A DNA stretch of 63,881 nt, the filler included. It is 4 parts of 4 records of this genome, joined end to end, with 100 filler letters (N's around TTAATTAATTAA, not from the genome) between each part and the next. Parts side by side here need not be neighbours in the genome. Positions count along the whole stretch, not along the records: positions 35,645 to 47,836 come from DRR723986_9342; positions 47,937 to 63,881 come from DRR723986_9349; 2 more parts are not named here. The stretch is one strand, 5' to 3'. This document shows positions 39,964-51,085 of the stretch, piece after piece. Every line of letters begins with the position of its first letter. The first letter of the stretch is position 1. The notes beneath the pieces were generated by a model. It was not told where the DNA came from. It was given only the letters and a program-made list of their open reading frames with translations, and made no database searches. Both the position numbers and the translations under genes were made by a program.

Positions 39964-40950
39964 TCACTCCTGTGAGTGCAGCCAGCAAGCGGTCTGATGG
40001 CCTTCTTGCGCACCAGCGGGCGTGGAAAGTGTCGGCGTAGCCTGATCACACTTATCGAATTTTTTGGGGCAGCGCGGATGAAATGCGCAGCCTGACGGCG
40101 GATTGATGGGGCTGGGGACTTCACCCTCTAAAATGCGCTCCATGCGTTTTTTGCCTTCGCCGACTTTGGGGATTGCGCTCATCAGCGCTTGTGTGTAGGG
40201 ATGCATCGGATTGGCGAAGAGTTCTTCGCGCGGTGCTATCTCTACAATCTTGCCCAGATACATCACAGCGATGACGTCGCACATGTGCTCAACTACGGCC
40301 AGGTCATGTGAGATAAACAGGTAGGTCAGGCCCAGCTTTTCCTGCAGATCTTTCATCAGGTTTAACACCTGTGCCTGGATCGAGACGTCAAGCGCGCTGA
40401 CGGGCTCATCGGCAACCACGAGTTCGGGGTTGAGTGCCATGGCGCGCGCAATACTGATACGTTGGCGCTGTCCGCCTGAGAACTCATGCGGATAACGATT
40501 CATGTAACTGGGTTTGAGGCCTACCAGGCGCAGCAGTTCGCGCACTTTTTCGGTGCGTTCCTGTTTGTCTTTGCCGATGCCCTGCACTTTGAACGGCTCT
40601 TCCAGGATTTGCGCTACGGTCATACGCGGATCCAGCGAGGCAAAAGGATCCTGGAAAATCATCTGAATATTTTGGCGTTCCTTACGCAAGTCCGCAGCAC
40701 CCAGGCCGGCAAAGTCGCGCCCCTTAAAGTGGATGTCACCTTCGGTGGCTTCATACAGGCGGATGATTGTTCTGCCGAGCGTTGACTTGCCACAGCCGGA
40801 TTCGCCTACCAGGCCGAGCGTCTGACCGCGTTGCAGCTGGAAGGATACACCGTCTACGGCTTTAACGTCGCCAACATGGCTCAGGAAAAAACCCTTGCGA
40901 ATCGGGAAGTATTTCTTGACGTTTTGGACTTCGAGGATGGGCTCGGCCAT
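39964..40950 (-). CDS. Peptide ABC ATP-binding protein (OppF/DppF family)
   Basis: [23 protein letters not shown] and a C-terminal Cys cluster. Confidence 0.94.
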   Translation of the reverse strand: MAEPILEVQNVKKYFPIRKGFFLSHVGDVKAVDGVSFQLQRGQTLGLVGESGCGKSTLGRTIIRLYEATEGDIHFKGRDFAGLGAADLRKERQNIQMIFQDPFASLDPRMTVAQILEEPFKVQGIGKDKQERTEKVRELLRLVGLKPSYMNRYPHEFSGGQRQRISIARAMALNPELVVADEPVSALDVSIQAQVLNLMKDLQEKLGLTYLFISHDLAVVEHMCDVIAVMYLGKIVEIAPREELFANPMHPYTQALMSAIPKVGEGKKRMERILEGEVPSPINPPSGCAFHPRCPKKFDKCDQATPTLSTPAGAQEGHQTACWLHSQE

Positions 40951-41021
40951 ATGTCTCTTGTTACTTGGATGTGCGTAATAATAGAAAAAGCTTTTTAGCC
41001 TGTCGCCGTGAGTTTCACACA

Positions 41022-41987
41022 TTAATGTGGATGGAAACAGGCGACTTCCTGTCCGCCGGCGTGCACTTCAAGTGCAGGCATTTCGCGGCGGCACTGTTCT
41101 GTGACGCGTGGGCAGCGGTTTTGGAATGGGCATCCCGGAGGCAGGTTGAGCGGGGAAGGCACCGAGCCCTCAATCGTCGGGAGACGTTCTACTTTGCGGC
41201 CCAATCGTGGAATTGAGTCGAGCAGCAGGTACGTGTAGGGATGTTTGGGGCGGTTGAATATGTCTTCAGCCTTGCCGATTTCCACCGTGCGTCCCGCGTA
41301 CATCACCATAACGTTATCGGCAATCTCCGAAATCACGCCCAGGTCATGTGTAATGAACTGGACCGTCATATTCATCTTTTCCTGCAGCGACTGAATCAGT
41401 TCCAGAATCTGGCCCTGGATCGTCACGTCGAGTGCCGTTGTCGGCTCATCGGCAATCAAAAAGTCAGGGTTGCAGGAAAGAGCCATCGCAATCATGGCGC
41501 GCTGGCGCATCCCACCCGAGAGTTGGTGCGGGTAATTGGAGTAGCGTTGATCGGGTGAGGGAATGCCGACGAGGCGCAACATCTCAACGGCGCGCTCACG
41601 CGACGCCTCTTTTTCCAGTTTAAGATGTTTCATGATCTGCTCGTCCAGCTGATAGCCGATCGTATAGACGGGGTTGAGCGCCGTCATGGGCTCCTGGAAG
41701 ATCATGCCGATTTTGTTGCCGCGCATCTTGCCCAGTTCCTGGTCATTCAGCTTGAGCATGTCCACGCCGTCGACCAGAGCTTCACCCCCGACGACTTTGC
41801 CGGGAGACTCCAGCAGGCGCATTAGTGAATAAGAGGTGACGGACTTGCCGCAACCACTCTCACCGACAATGCCAAGTGTTTGACCTTTTTTAATGGAATA
41901 GGAAACGTCGTTTACGGCTTTGACCTCGCCTGCTTTGGTAAAGAACGAGGTGCGCAAGTTTTTGACTGAGACGAGTACGTCGCTCAC
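41022..41987 (-). CDS. Peptide ABC ATP-binding protein (OppD/DppD family)
   Basis: [16 protein letters not shown] and DEPTTALD motifs. Confidence 0.94.
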   Translation of the reverse strand: MSDVLVSVKNLRTSFFTKAGEVKAVNDVSYSIKKGQTLGIVGESGCGKSVTSYSLMRLLESPGKVVGGEALVDGVDMLKLNDQELGKMRGNKIGMIFQEPMTALNPVYTIGYQLDEQIMKHLKLEKEASRERAVEMLRLVGIPSPDQRYSNYPHQLSGGMRQRAMIAMALSCNPDFLIADEPTTALDVTIQGQILELIQSLQEKMNMTVQFITHDLGVISEIADNVMVMYAGRTVEIGKAEDIFNRPKHPYTYLLLDSIPRLGRKVERLPTIEGSVPSPLNLPPGCPFQNRCPRVTEQCRREMPALEVHAGGQEVACFHPH

Positions 41988-42244
41988 TATGCGGAAGCTC
42001 CACTATAAAAAACGATGACCTGCGTATGAACGAGCGGGACGGCAGGCTTAAGATTCTGAATCCAAACTTCCGGAAGCCACGCTCTCAGGCACAAGTACAC
42101 ATGAAAAAAGCGACCGGAGTCGGCGGTAACGGGCCGACGGACGTGGATTGGCAAGGTCCATTTTTTCGCCATTCGGAAGTTACAAAATTCCATTCATTGT
42201 TGCATTGTCTAATACAGGTGAATTTTACTGACGAATTTGTGATT

Positions 42245-43189
42245 TCAGTTTTCTGCGAAAGACGGAATATCTACCCGGTACTCTGCGTTGCCCTCCGGTA
42301 GTGCCGTCTTTGTGCTCGCAGTGATGATCCTTTTGAGTGTGTCAATCATGGGGCGCGAACGGAATGGTCGCGAAGTCGCTATGCTGATTTCACGCACCGG
42401 CCAGGGTGATTTTAGCGGGCGCAGGAGTGTTCTGTCGTCCAGATCACGGGCTTCAAGCCAGGGCAGCAGCGTCAAGCCATCCCCGCGCTTTATCAATTTG
42501 CGGAGCGTCTCAAGTGTGCCGCTGGCGAACTGAATCCGGCGTCCCGCGCCACCTTTACCCGTGCCGCATAGGCTCAATGCCTGTTCGCGCAGGCAGTGTC
42601 CTTCACTCAGCAGCCAAAGATCGTCGGCCGGAATGTCTGCCGCCGCTATCTCCTTATGTGCATGCAAGGGGTGTCGTGGCGAAACATAGGCTACGAATGG
42701 CTCGTTAAATAGGAACTCCTCGTGAATCCCCGGTGTGTTGACCGGTGTTGCCAAAAGTCCCGCATCGATTTCGTCGTCCAGCAAACGCCGCAGCATCACC
42801 GCCGTGGGCGTCTCCTCCACAATCAACTCTACACGCGGGTTTTGTTCAGCGAAACTATCCAGAAAAAGTGGCAGCAGGCCCGGCGCCAGGGTTGGAATCA
42901 CGGCCAGGCGGAATTCACCCTGCGGTTCGTCAGACATTTCGCGTGCCAGATCCTGCAGCACGTCGGATTCCCGCAAAACTGTGCGTGCCTGTGAGATGAT
43001 CCTGCGGCCGATGTCCGTCGGCTGCACCGGTTGTTTGCTGCGGTCAAACAGCGTCACGCCCAATTCATCTTCCAGCTTGCGCAGCTGCATACTCAAAGTT
43101 GGCTGCGAAACATGGCTTGCAGCTGCGGCCTCAGCAAAGTGTAAATGCTCGGCTACGGCCAGCACATAACGGAGTTGTACCAGTGTCAT
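42245..43189 (-). CDS. oxyR: Hydrogen peroxide-sensing LysR regulator
   Basis: LysR HTH; EGHCLREQALSLC has both redox cysteines; divergent from ahpC. Confidence 0.93.
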   Translation of the reverse strand: MTLVQLRYVLAVAEHLHFAEAAAASHVSQPTLSMQLRKLEDELGVTLFDRSKQPVQPTDIGRRIISQARTVLRESDVLQDLAREMSDEPQGEFRLAVIPTLAPGLLPLFLDSFAEQNPRVELIVEETPTAVMLRRLLDDEIDAGLLATPVNTPGIHEEFLFNEPFVAYVSPRHPLHAHKEIAAADIPADDLWLLSEGHCLREQALSLCGTGKGGAGRRIQFASGTLETLRKLIKRGDGLTLLPWLEARDLDDRTLLRPLKSPWPVREISIATSRPFRSRPMIDTLKRIITASTKTALPEGNAEYRVDIPSFAEN

Positions 43190-43208
43190 AGCGCAATATA
43201 ATAAGCCT

Positions 43209-43244
43209 ATAGTTTTTAGCTATCGATCCATAGAAATAATCGAT
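43209..43244. promoter_or_regulatory. OxyR binding site
   Basis: ATAG-N7-CTAT-N6-ATAG-N7-CGAT between oxyR and ahpC. Confidence 0.85.
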
Positions 43245-43332
43245 TTGATTTATGGTGCGGCGCGGTGCTAAATTGCAGCCATTCAAAAACAATTGGTTTA
43301 CTTTTTACACTGTTGAATCAGGATCGAAGAAC

Positions 43333-43887
43333 ATGAGCGCAAGAATCGTAGGTATCGGATCGGTTTTCCCAGAATTCAATAAAACTGCTGTTGTTTCCCT
43401 TGAAAAAGGCCAGGAATTCAAAGCTATCAGCTCTGAAGACCACAAAAACGCGGGCAAGTGGATGGTGATGTTCTGGTGGCCGAAGGACTTCACTTTTGTT
43501 TGTCCAACCGAAATTGCGGAGTTCAACAACCACTACGAAGAATTTACAGATCGTGATGCCGAACTGATCGGTGCTTCCACAGACTCAGAGTTTGTGCACC
43601 TGGCATGGCGCAACGATCATGATGACCTGCGCGGCCTCAAATTCCCAATGCTCGCAGATACCAGTAAGTCTCTGGCAGAGCAGCTCGGCGTACTCGAAGA
43701 CAACGAACGCGTGGCATATCGCGCCACCTTCATCGTCGATCCCCAGGGCGTTATTCGCTGGGTCTCCGTCTACGACCTCTCCGTCGGCCGCAACGTCGCC
43801 GAAGTTGTTCGTACGCTGGACGCACTGCAGACGGACGAGCTCTGCCCCTGCAACTGGGAAAAAGGTCAGGAAACACTGACTGTTTAA
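43333..43887 (+). CDS. ahpC: Peroxiredoxin, AhpD-partnered type
   Basis: PKDFTFVCPTE and C-terminal ELCPCNW. Confidence 0.95.
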   Translation: MSARIVGIGSVFPEFNKTAVVSLEKGQEFKAISSEDHKNAGKWMVMFWWPKDFTFVCPTEIAEFNNHYEEFTDRDAELIGASTDSEFVHLAWRNDHDDLRGLKFPMLADTSKSLAEQLGVLEDNERVAYRATFIVDPQGVIRWVSVYDLSVGRNVAEVVRTLDALQTDELCPCNWEKGQETLTV

Positions 43888-43956
43888 GTTCTGGCCGGCG
43901 AGTTGAATTCGATACGAAAATCTTTGTGATCAGCTAGCGCAAAAAAAGGGATAACT

Positions 43957-44550
43957 ATGAGCTTAAAGGAAGAATTAATCGCAGCCAAAGGTGAGTTGTT
44001 AAGTTTACTCGGATTGGATACAGAACGCGCAGCTGATTCGCTGGATGCCATGGCCGAAGGTGAGTGTAAGTACATTCGCGACACAAAAGTTAACCTGAAA
44101 AATACGCTGAAGTCAAAACATCTCTCCGAAAAAGAGACAGCCCTCTTGGCTCTGGCCGTAGCTGTTAACGAAAAGAATGCAGCTCTTAAGGAAGCTTTTA
44201 CACGCCGCGCACGTGACTTCGAGGCCACCGACCAGGAAATCGGCGAAATTCATGCAATGACATCACTCCTGGGAATTAACAACGTCTTCTATCGTTTTCG
44301 GCATTTTGCTGACAACGAAAAGTACGAAGCCATGCCGCCGCGTATTAAGATGACATTGATGATGAACCCAGTTCTCGGCAAAGAGTTTTTCGAACTTGCC
44401 AGTCTTGCAGTTTCGGCTGTTAACGGCTGTGAAGTTTGTGTTAACTCGCACGAGCAATCGGTACGACAGGCCGGTGCAACGGAGGAGCGCATCTTTGATG
44501 CCATACGGTTGACCGCCGTTGTGAAGGGAGTTTCGGCAATCATTAACTAA
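43957..44550 (+). CDS. ahpD: Alkyl hydroperoxide reductase D (CMD family)
   Basis: NNVFYRFRH and LAVSAVNGCEVCVNSHE. Confidence 0.9.
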   Translation: MSLKEELIAAKGELLSLLGLDTERAADSLDAMAEGECKYIRDTKVNLKNTLKSKHLSEKETALLALAVAVNEKNAALKEAFTRRARDFEATDQEIGEIHAMTSLLGINNVFYRFRHFADNEKYEAMPPRIKMTLMMNPVLGKEFFELASLAVSAVNGCEVCVNSHEQSVRQAGATEERIFDAIRLTAVVKGVSAIIN

Positions 44551-44676
44551 GTAAGGTATGCAGCAAACACAAACAACAACAAGATGGTAGAGTAAGATAA
44601 AGATAATTCGGACGGTGTGTTTGCCTTAGTCCAAACTTCAAAGACAGTTCAATTTTCGTAGCAGAGATTGATCGAT

Positions 44677-44716
44677 AAAGCTGCGGTGCATGTTAAAGTG
44701 CATCGCAGCTTTTTTT
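44677..44716 (+). terminator. Intrinsic terminator of ahpCD
   Basis: AAAGCTGCGGTGCA-loop-TGCATCGCAGCTTTTTTT. Confidence 0.85.
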
Positions 44717-45417
44717 ATGCGCGTCTTTTCCGTCATCCGGCCTAAAGCTCAAATCATTGCACGGTCATCGGTCGGTCTTCTGCCAAAATTGCAGCGCTCC
44801 TGCGCTTGGTCGCTTGTAGCTCGCTTTCTAATCATCTTATTTGTCGCTGTGCTGGAGGCCTCCAGGCTCAGAGACTTTTATCTCAGGCACAGCTGTAAGA
44901 GTTGAATGCAAGCTCGCCTAATTCCCGCTAAAGCATAAAATCCGGCCGTTTACCACTCAATTACTGGCCGTTGACGTTTTCATGTATGGTCAGGAACGAG
45001 AAAGGATGTAGACTTGTAAGGTTAGCCGGCGCTTCGCGACCGTTGGTTAATCATCGCAATCAAGCTTGAGAGACCTCAGAACTTAACCTGTTTTTTTAAT
45101 AGGGAGGGAGGAATATGTACTAGAGGCTCAAGTTTACGTGGAGGCGGCGGGGTGGTCCGGGGCCAGGAGGTCCCCAGAATCACGCAAAGGTACGCCCAAA
45201 ATTTCCAGACTTCCCGTTAACAACCTCAAACCTCCCGGTCAGCTCAGTAAACCTCCCGTTCAGAAGAATGTTTCCAACCAGCCTCTTCCCAAAACTCAAA
45301 TAAAATTCGCCCAGTCTGCCCTGTCTAAAACAACCCGTCACAATCCGGAAAACAAACAGCCTTCTCGTTCAACAGTAAACAAGAAGGCTGTTATTATATT
45401 CTACCCGAACAGTCCAA

Positions 45418-47226
45418 TTAGTCAATCGGCGGAGCCATACCCGGATTTGATGCGCCAAAGTATGGTAGCAGCAGCTGAATAAAGTCGTCAGCACCGACGC
45501 TCAGGTCGCCATTCATATCACCAGTGCGCACTACGTTGTAGGGCGTGCCGTTAATAAGTAGCTCGTCCAGCGCCACCAGACCACCCAGCACATTTGCTGC
45601 CACCGTAAAGTCATGTGTGCTTAAACTGCCATTTGTTAAGGTCACACGCTCAGCCGAAACCACGGCCAGGTGTCCACCGTGGCGAATCACAAGCCAGTAG
45701 TCGCCCGTCGTAATCCCGCTAAGTTTTAACTCCGCATCGCCGTCAGAATTTAACAAAGCCGTGAATCGACCGGCGCGCGTTGCAGTGCTCAGGTCTGCAC
45801 CTTCGTACAGGTCAATCATGATGCCCGCAGGTTTGTGGCTTGTGCCGTCCCAGTAGCCGCGCAAATATGCTGTTAACATCAGCTCAGGTGCTTCAACAAG
45901 TGTAAGCTCAGCAGTCTCTGAGTTAACTGCGCCACATTCGTTTGTTACCACAACGCGGAAGTCGCCGGCATCGGATGGACGCAATAGCTCCAGCTCCAGG
46001 CTCGTGCCATTTGCTCCCGGAATATCAGTTTCTTCGTATTGCCACTGATATGTTAAGCCTTCACCCTCGGCCTCAACACTAAACGTCACATCACCGCCAA
46101 TTGTCCCGGTTTGTGATTGTGGATGTGTTGTAATGCTGGCCGTGTTTAGCACTGTCAGATTCGCTACTTCGCTCGTAACGCTACCGCAGTCGTTACTGAC
46201 CACTGCGCGGTACTGATTGCCGTCCAGGTCAAGGCCAATACTATTCAGGTTAAACTTTGTAGTTGTAACGCCGGGAACATCTTCCCAGGTCTCGCCGCCG
46301 TCGTCACTCACTTCCCAGTTGATCGTCAGGGTAGGGCTTCCGTCCAGCGCAATCGTAAACGAAGTGTTCTCATTCACACAAACAGTTCTGTTCTGCGGGT
46401 GACTAGTGAATGAAGGTTCCTCTAAAATTGTTAAGTCCACCTCGTTCGACGTTAAGGTGTCCGATGCGGATTTAACAATACAGCGATACATATTGCCATC
46501 CATGCCCAGAAACACATCCGATAGTTCCAGCACCGAACTTGTTGCGCCGGTTACGCCGACCCAACCACCGCCGTCATTACATTCCCAGCAGTACGTCAGG
46601 CTGGCACCCGTGGCGCTAAGGGAGAATTCAGCGTCGTCGCCTGGGCAGGCATTCTGGTCCTTCGGCTGCGTGTCAATGTTTAAACCATCAATTGTACGTG
46701 ACGTCGGATTGACAATTCCGTAGCCCGTATTATCGCCCGTGTCAAAATCCAGCTCGGTTGCAGAGTTAAACACACTGGTGTTTGTGCCGGCCGTAATAAA
46801 ACTGAGGTCGTCTTTCAGGTCGCCATCAACAATATCCCATTTAAGGGTTGCAATCCTGAATTCCGTTCCACTGTTAATCGTAAACGAGCCCGGGAACTTC
46901 AGCAAATTCAGCCGAATAAATCCCGCGCCAATCGTTTGTGTCACAGAAACAAAATTATCGGTCAATTCCTGGTTAATGTCAAACGCCGGATCCAGCGAGA
47001 GTCCCGTCAGCGCTAGGGTGTTGTAGTTAACCGCAATATTACTCGAAACCACAATCCAGTCATCGCTGTCACTGGTTTCGGCCCACAGCTCAGCCGTATA
47101 TTCATCATTGGCCGCTTGCTGATTTTTAATGCTCAGCGTCACGCGATTGGCCGCAAAGGTATTGATACTGGCCATTATCAGCAGGACGAACACGCTGGTC
47201 GCCAGAGTCGGTAACATTCTTTTCAT
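45418..47226 (-). CDS. Secreted protein with three Ig-like domains and a C-terminal dockerin-like Ca-binding loop
   Basis: Signal peptide; three repeats of QP...F.V...G..L.YQW...G.Y/F..V; GDMNGDLSVGADDF. Confidence 0.8.
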   Translation of the reverse strand: MKRMLPTLATSVFVLLIMASINTFAANRVTLSIKNQQAANDEYTAELWAETSDSDDWIVVSSNIAVNYNTLALTGLSLDPAFDINQELTDNFVSVTQTIGAGFIRLNLLKFPGSFTINSGTEFRIATLKWDIVDGDLKDDLSFITAGTNTSVFNSATELDFDTGDNTGYGIVNPTSRTIDGLNIDTQPKDQNACPGDDAEFSLSATGASLTYCWECNDGGGWVGVTGATSSVLELSDVFLGMDGNMYRCIVKSASDTLTSNEVDLTILEEPSFTSHPQNRTVCVNENTSFTIALDGSPTLTINWEVSDDGGETWEDVPGVTTTKFNLNSIGLDLDGNQYRAVVSNDCGSVTSEVANLTVLNTASITTHPQSQTGTIGGDVTFSVEAEGEGLTYQWQYEETDIPGANGTSLELELLRPSDAGDFRVVVTNECGAVNSETAELTLVEAPELMLTAYLRGYWDGTSHKPAGIMIDLYEGADLSTATRAGRFTALLNSDGDAELKLSGITTGDYWLVIRHGGHLAVVSAERVTLTNGSLSTHDFTVAANVLGGLVALDELLINGTPYNVVRTGDMNGDLSVGADDFIQLLLPYFGASNPGMAPPID

Positions 47227-47795
47227 AGTCAGTCGAGGGGAAGGTGCCACAATACGCTACACGGCACAATCGGAGTTAATCCGCGCAGCAGAACGCCAAA
47301 CTTACATCCTCTCGCCCCGATTCCAAATCTCCACCTGTCCATGCCGCCTTTTACCTACGTCCCCACGTCACGAATTCGTAATTCCACATTCCGCACACCG
47401 CATCATTCCAGCCCAAACTAAAATGACCTGCCACCGTTCTATCTTCATCGCCTCACCAATCTCAACTCATTTTCTGAGCGCTTTGAGCTCCTTGTCTCGC
47501 TTTGCTCGCTGCGTCTCTCAGGCTTTTATGAGCTTCTTGTTAGTCACCGCACGATCAGTCTAATTCCATTGAGCCGGCGCCAATTCTCAGCGATTTCACT
47601 CAAGATCCCACGCGTCAGATCAAGTCTCCTGGTCGTTGAGACCAAACCCATTGCTGCAATGCAAGGACCCCGAACCCGCCGCCTGAATCCGAACCTGCAA
47701 GCCACAATGCCATCGCTGAGACTAAAGCCCCAAGCCAAAAAACGCTGAGCCACCAGCTGCTCAGTTCAAATGCGAAAAGTCCTGGCGTCGAGAGG

Positions 47796-47836
47796 TGTAG
47801 ACTTACGGCTGTTAGCCCTAAGGGCTGTGAGCCGTA
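47796..47836. repeat. Palindromic REP-like element truncated at the contig end
   Basis: TACGGCT-GTT-AGCCCT-A-AGGGCT-GTG-AGCCGTA, preceded by TGTAGACT. Confidence 0.5.
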
Positions 47837-47936
47837 NNNNNNNNNNNNNNNNNNNNNNNNNNNNNNNNNNNNNNNNNNNNTTAATTAATTAANNNNNNNN
47901 NNNNNNNNNNNNNNNNNNNNNNNNNNNNNNNNNNNN
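47837..47936. other. Artificial contig spacer
   Basis: 44N-TTAATTAATTAA-44N. Confidence 0.98.
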
Positions 47937-47984
47937 CGCTATACGTCCGTGCGACTCGCACTAGCCGCCAGGTCGAAACAGGGG

Positions 47985-50792
47985 CTACTTTAGCATCTCC
48001 TCGATCGTCGTCTTAGCAACCTGAAGTGCCTCAGGCAGCTTATCTGGCTGCTTGCCGCCGGCCTGTGCCAAGTCTGGCTTTCCGCCGCCACCGCCACCAA
48101 CGACCGGTGCGACCTTGGAAATCCATTGCCCAGCACTGAGCCCCGACTCAACCAACTGCTTACTTACGCCAGCAACCAACAGGACTTTGCTATCGCCCAC
48201 TGCCGAAGCGAGCAGCACGGCTGTTGGCTCCGAGCTCTTCTGGCGGATTTGATCGATCCATTGCCGCATCAGGTTCGGCGTCGCGCCCGCAGTTTCAGCA
48301 ACCACAACGCGGCTGTTCCCAATCGTGACCGAAGACTCCAGTAAACCATCTGCCGAGATGGCACCTGCCGATTCGAGTGAGGCAGCCTGTTGTTTAAGCT
48401 TGGCACGCTCCTCGATCAACGACTTTGCTCGTGTGGTCAATTCCGCCTGTGGTGCATTGAAGACTCGAGCGACATCACGCAACAGCTTTCGCTGCTGGCC
48501 GTAATCGGGTTCTGTGGCCCCGCCGACTTTGCTGCCCTGCCCTGCATTCGGTTTCTGGCCGCCACCGGCTAGCTGCTTTTTGAGCTGCCGGATCTCAAGA
48601 GCCAACTCTTTCGCGGCGTGAGCAATCTCATTTTCGGAGCAGTCGAAGATTGCTGCCAACTCTTTAGTTTGACTTGCAACCTCCGATCGATGCTGCTTGG
48701 CTCGCTCACCGGTCAGCGCGACAACACGTCGAGTTCCAGCGGAGACACTTTCCTCGGTGATGACTTCAAATTCGCCAACTTCCGAAGTATTGTCCAGGTG
48801 AGTACCGCCGCACAGTTCGTGGGAGAACTGCCCCATGGATACCATTCGCACCGGATCTGGATACTTCTCGCCAAAGAGCATCATTGCACCAGCCTGCCTA
48901 GCTTCTGCTAGCGAGACTGTCTTCCACGAAATGGGGGCTTTGGACTGCACCTTGTCCGAGACAATCTGTTCAACCCGAGCAAGCTCGTCATCGGACAAAG
49001 CCTCTTGATTTGTGAAGTCGAACCGCAGCCAATCCTGTTCGACCTTACTTCCCTGCTGTTGTGCGTGCTCGCCCACGATCTGCTGAAGAGCATGGTGCAG
49101 AATATGGGTAGCCGAGTGCGCTCGCCTAACACCATCGCGCCGCTGAGTATTAACGGTCGCCTGAACCGTCTTTCCCTCGCTGAGCGTACCACTGGTGACA
49201 CGTCCGATGTGGATAATCAATTCACCAGAACGCTGGGTATCTTCGATTTCGACCGAGCACTCACCGGAAGTCAGGCTACCGACATCGCCAACCTGTCCAC
49301 CACCTTCGCCATAGAAAGGCGACTTATCCAGTACGATTCGTAGAGTACCGTTTTCGGCGCTCGCTTCCTTGACCAGGCGATCGCCGTCATCGCTTGACGC
49401 AATGATCCCTTTGACGACCGCATCAGATTCGGTGTGATCATAGCCAAGAAACTCGGTACGTCGTAGCGCTTCCTTCAGCGTTTCAATTGGGCCCGTTTTG
49501 AACAACTCGCCTCGGTCACCACCGCTGACCTTTTCATGCTTCTCCATCGCAGTTCGGTAGCCGTCCCAGTCGAACGTCAGATTGCGTTCGGCAGCGAGCG
49601 ACTGGAACAATTCGGGAGGCACACCGTGAGTCTGATACAAGCTAGCCGCTTCGCCACCATCGACCATCACGCTTCCGGAACTACCCATTGCGTCGAAGAC
49701 GCCGTTAATTCGTTCAAGGCCGCCGTCAATCGTCGCGAAGAAGTCCGCTTCTTCCTTCTTGATCACGTCAGCAACACGCTGCTGCGTCTGTGACAATTCA
49801 GGGTACGCTGCACTCATCGCCGAGACTACCGCTGGCACGATGTCGTGCAAGAACGGCTCGCGCAGCCCGATCTGATGACCATCGAGTACCGCACGGCGCA
49901 GCAACCGCTTAATTACATAGCGAGCCTTCTTCGGCCCTGGAAGGATATTTTCGTGAATCGCAAAGGTGCAAGCGCGAACGTGATCGGTGATCCTTCGCAG
50001 TCGACGCCCCGCATCGGATTCGTACTCGTAGTTTGCCGAGCAGACTTCTGCTGCCGCTTTCACTATTGGAAAGAGGACATCGATATGGAAGTTCGTTGGA
50101 ACACCTTGCAAAACGCTTGCTGTCCGCTCGAGCCCCATTCCAGTATCGATATTCTTACTCGGGAGCGGCCGTAGGTTATCTGGCGGATCCCCCACTCGAT
50201 TGAACTGGGTGAAAACGAGATTCCAAATCTCGACGTCTTTGCCGTCATCTAGCTGGTAGTAAATTTCGCTGCACGGCCCACAAACACCGTCGGGGCCCAA
50301 GCTGGGAGCGCTGGCTGGCCAGAAATTCTCATCTTCTTCCATCCGCGTGATGCGGTTGGTGGGCAGGCCGATCTTCTCATTCCATATCCCAGCCGCTTCA
50401 TCATCGTCCTTGTAAACCGTGACCGTCAGCCGACCTGGATCGATGCCAAGCCATTTATCAGCGGTTAGAAACTCCCAAGCCCAGCGAATGGCTTCTTCTT
50501 TGAAGTAGTCGCCGAAGCTGAAGTTGCCCAGCATTTCAAAGAACGTATGGTGATAGGCTGTCCGACCAACGTTTTCAATGTCGCCGGTTCGCAGACATTT
50601 CTGACAAGTGGTCGCACGCGTGAAGTCCAAGGCCACTTTGCCAAGAAAGTGGTCCTTGAACTGGTTCATACCCGCCGGCGTGAACAGAACGGATGGATCC
50701 CAAGTCGGGACAAGTACATCGCTGGGCTGCCGAGAGTGCCCCTGCGATTCATAGAATTCCAAGTACTTTTCGCGTAGTTCGTCGGTCTTCAT
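47985..50792 (-). CDS. alaS: Alanine--tRNA ligase
   Basis: HHTFFEMLGNFSFGDYFK, DTGMGLER, HSATH, ELCGGTH and GGGGGKPDLAQAGG motifs. Confidence 0.97.
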   Translation of the reverse strand: MKTDELREKYLEFYESQGHSRQPSDVLVPTWDPSVLFTPAGMNQFKDHFLGKVALDFTRATTCQKCLRTGDIENVGRTAYHHTFFEMLGNFSFGDYFKEEAIRWAWEFLTADKWLGIDPGRLTVTVYKDDDEAAGIWNEKIGLPTNRITRMEEDENFWPASAPSLGPDGVCGPCSEIYYQLDDGKDVEIWNLVFTQFNRVGDPPDNLRPLPSKNIDTGMGLERTASVLQGVPTNFHIDVLFPIVKAAAEVCSANYEYESDAGRRLRRITDHVRACTFAIHENILPGPKKARYVIKRLLRRAVLDGHQIGLREPFLHDIVPAVVSAMSAAYPELSQTQQRVADVIKKEEADFFATIDGGLERINGVFDAMGSSGSVMVDGGEAASLYQTHGVPPELFQSLAAERNLTFDWDGYRTAMEKHEKVSGGDRGELFKTGPIETLKEALRRTEFLGYDHTESDAVVKGIIASSDDGDRLVKEASAENGTLRIVLDKSPFYGEGGGQVGDVGSLTSGECSVEIEDTQRSGELIIHIGRVTSGTLSEGKTVQATVNTQRRDGVRRAHSATHILHHALQQIVGEHAQQQGSKVEQDWLRFDFTNQEALSDDELARVEQIVSDKVQSKAPISWKTVSLAEARQAGAMMLFGEKYPDPVRMVSMGQFSHELCGGTHLDNTSEVGEFEVITEESVSAGTRRVVALTGERAKQHRSEVASQTKELAAIFDCSENEIAHAAKELALEIRQLKKQLAGGGQKPNAGQGSKVGGATEPDYGQQRKLLRDVARVFNAPQAELTTRAKSLIEERAKLKQQAASLESAGAISADGLLESSVTIGNSRVVVAETAGATPNLMRQWIDQIRQKSSEPTAVLLASAVGDSKVLLVAGVSKQLVESGLSAGQWISKVAPVVGGGGGGKPDLAQAGGKQPDKLPEALQVAKTTIEEMLK

Positions 50793-51085
50793 CGTAGTTC
50801 CAGCAGTCGAATATCTGTCGCGGAGAGGTTTTGTGCCCGCACATTGCACAGCTTCAGCCTCGCTATGAGACGCAAATATAAGCGCCAGCAAGGTTTTTCA
50901 CTATCCGTCCACACCCTGTGGCCATAGGAGCGGTGTCGGCATTTACGGGCCGCCAGTGGCGAAAAACTAGGGCGATAGCTCGCTTATCTGTCCCGACAGC
51001 AAATGCTCACCAGCAGTTCAGTGCCAACGAGCGATAAGCCTCAAATAATGCGAAGCCGAGAAAATAGGCACTACGGAATCGCCAA

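Noticed and set aside
47270-47520. Strongly C-rich, G-poor stretch and its + strand ORF (similar at 45200-45400)
   Set aside because: No repeat unit or protein-like features; appears to be skewed intergenic DNA
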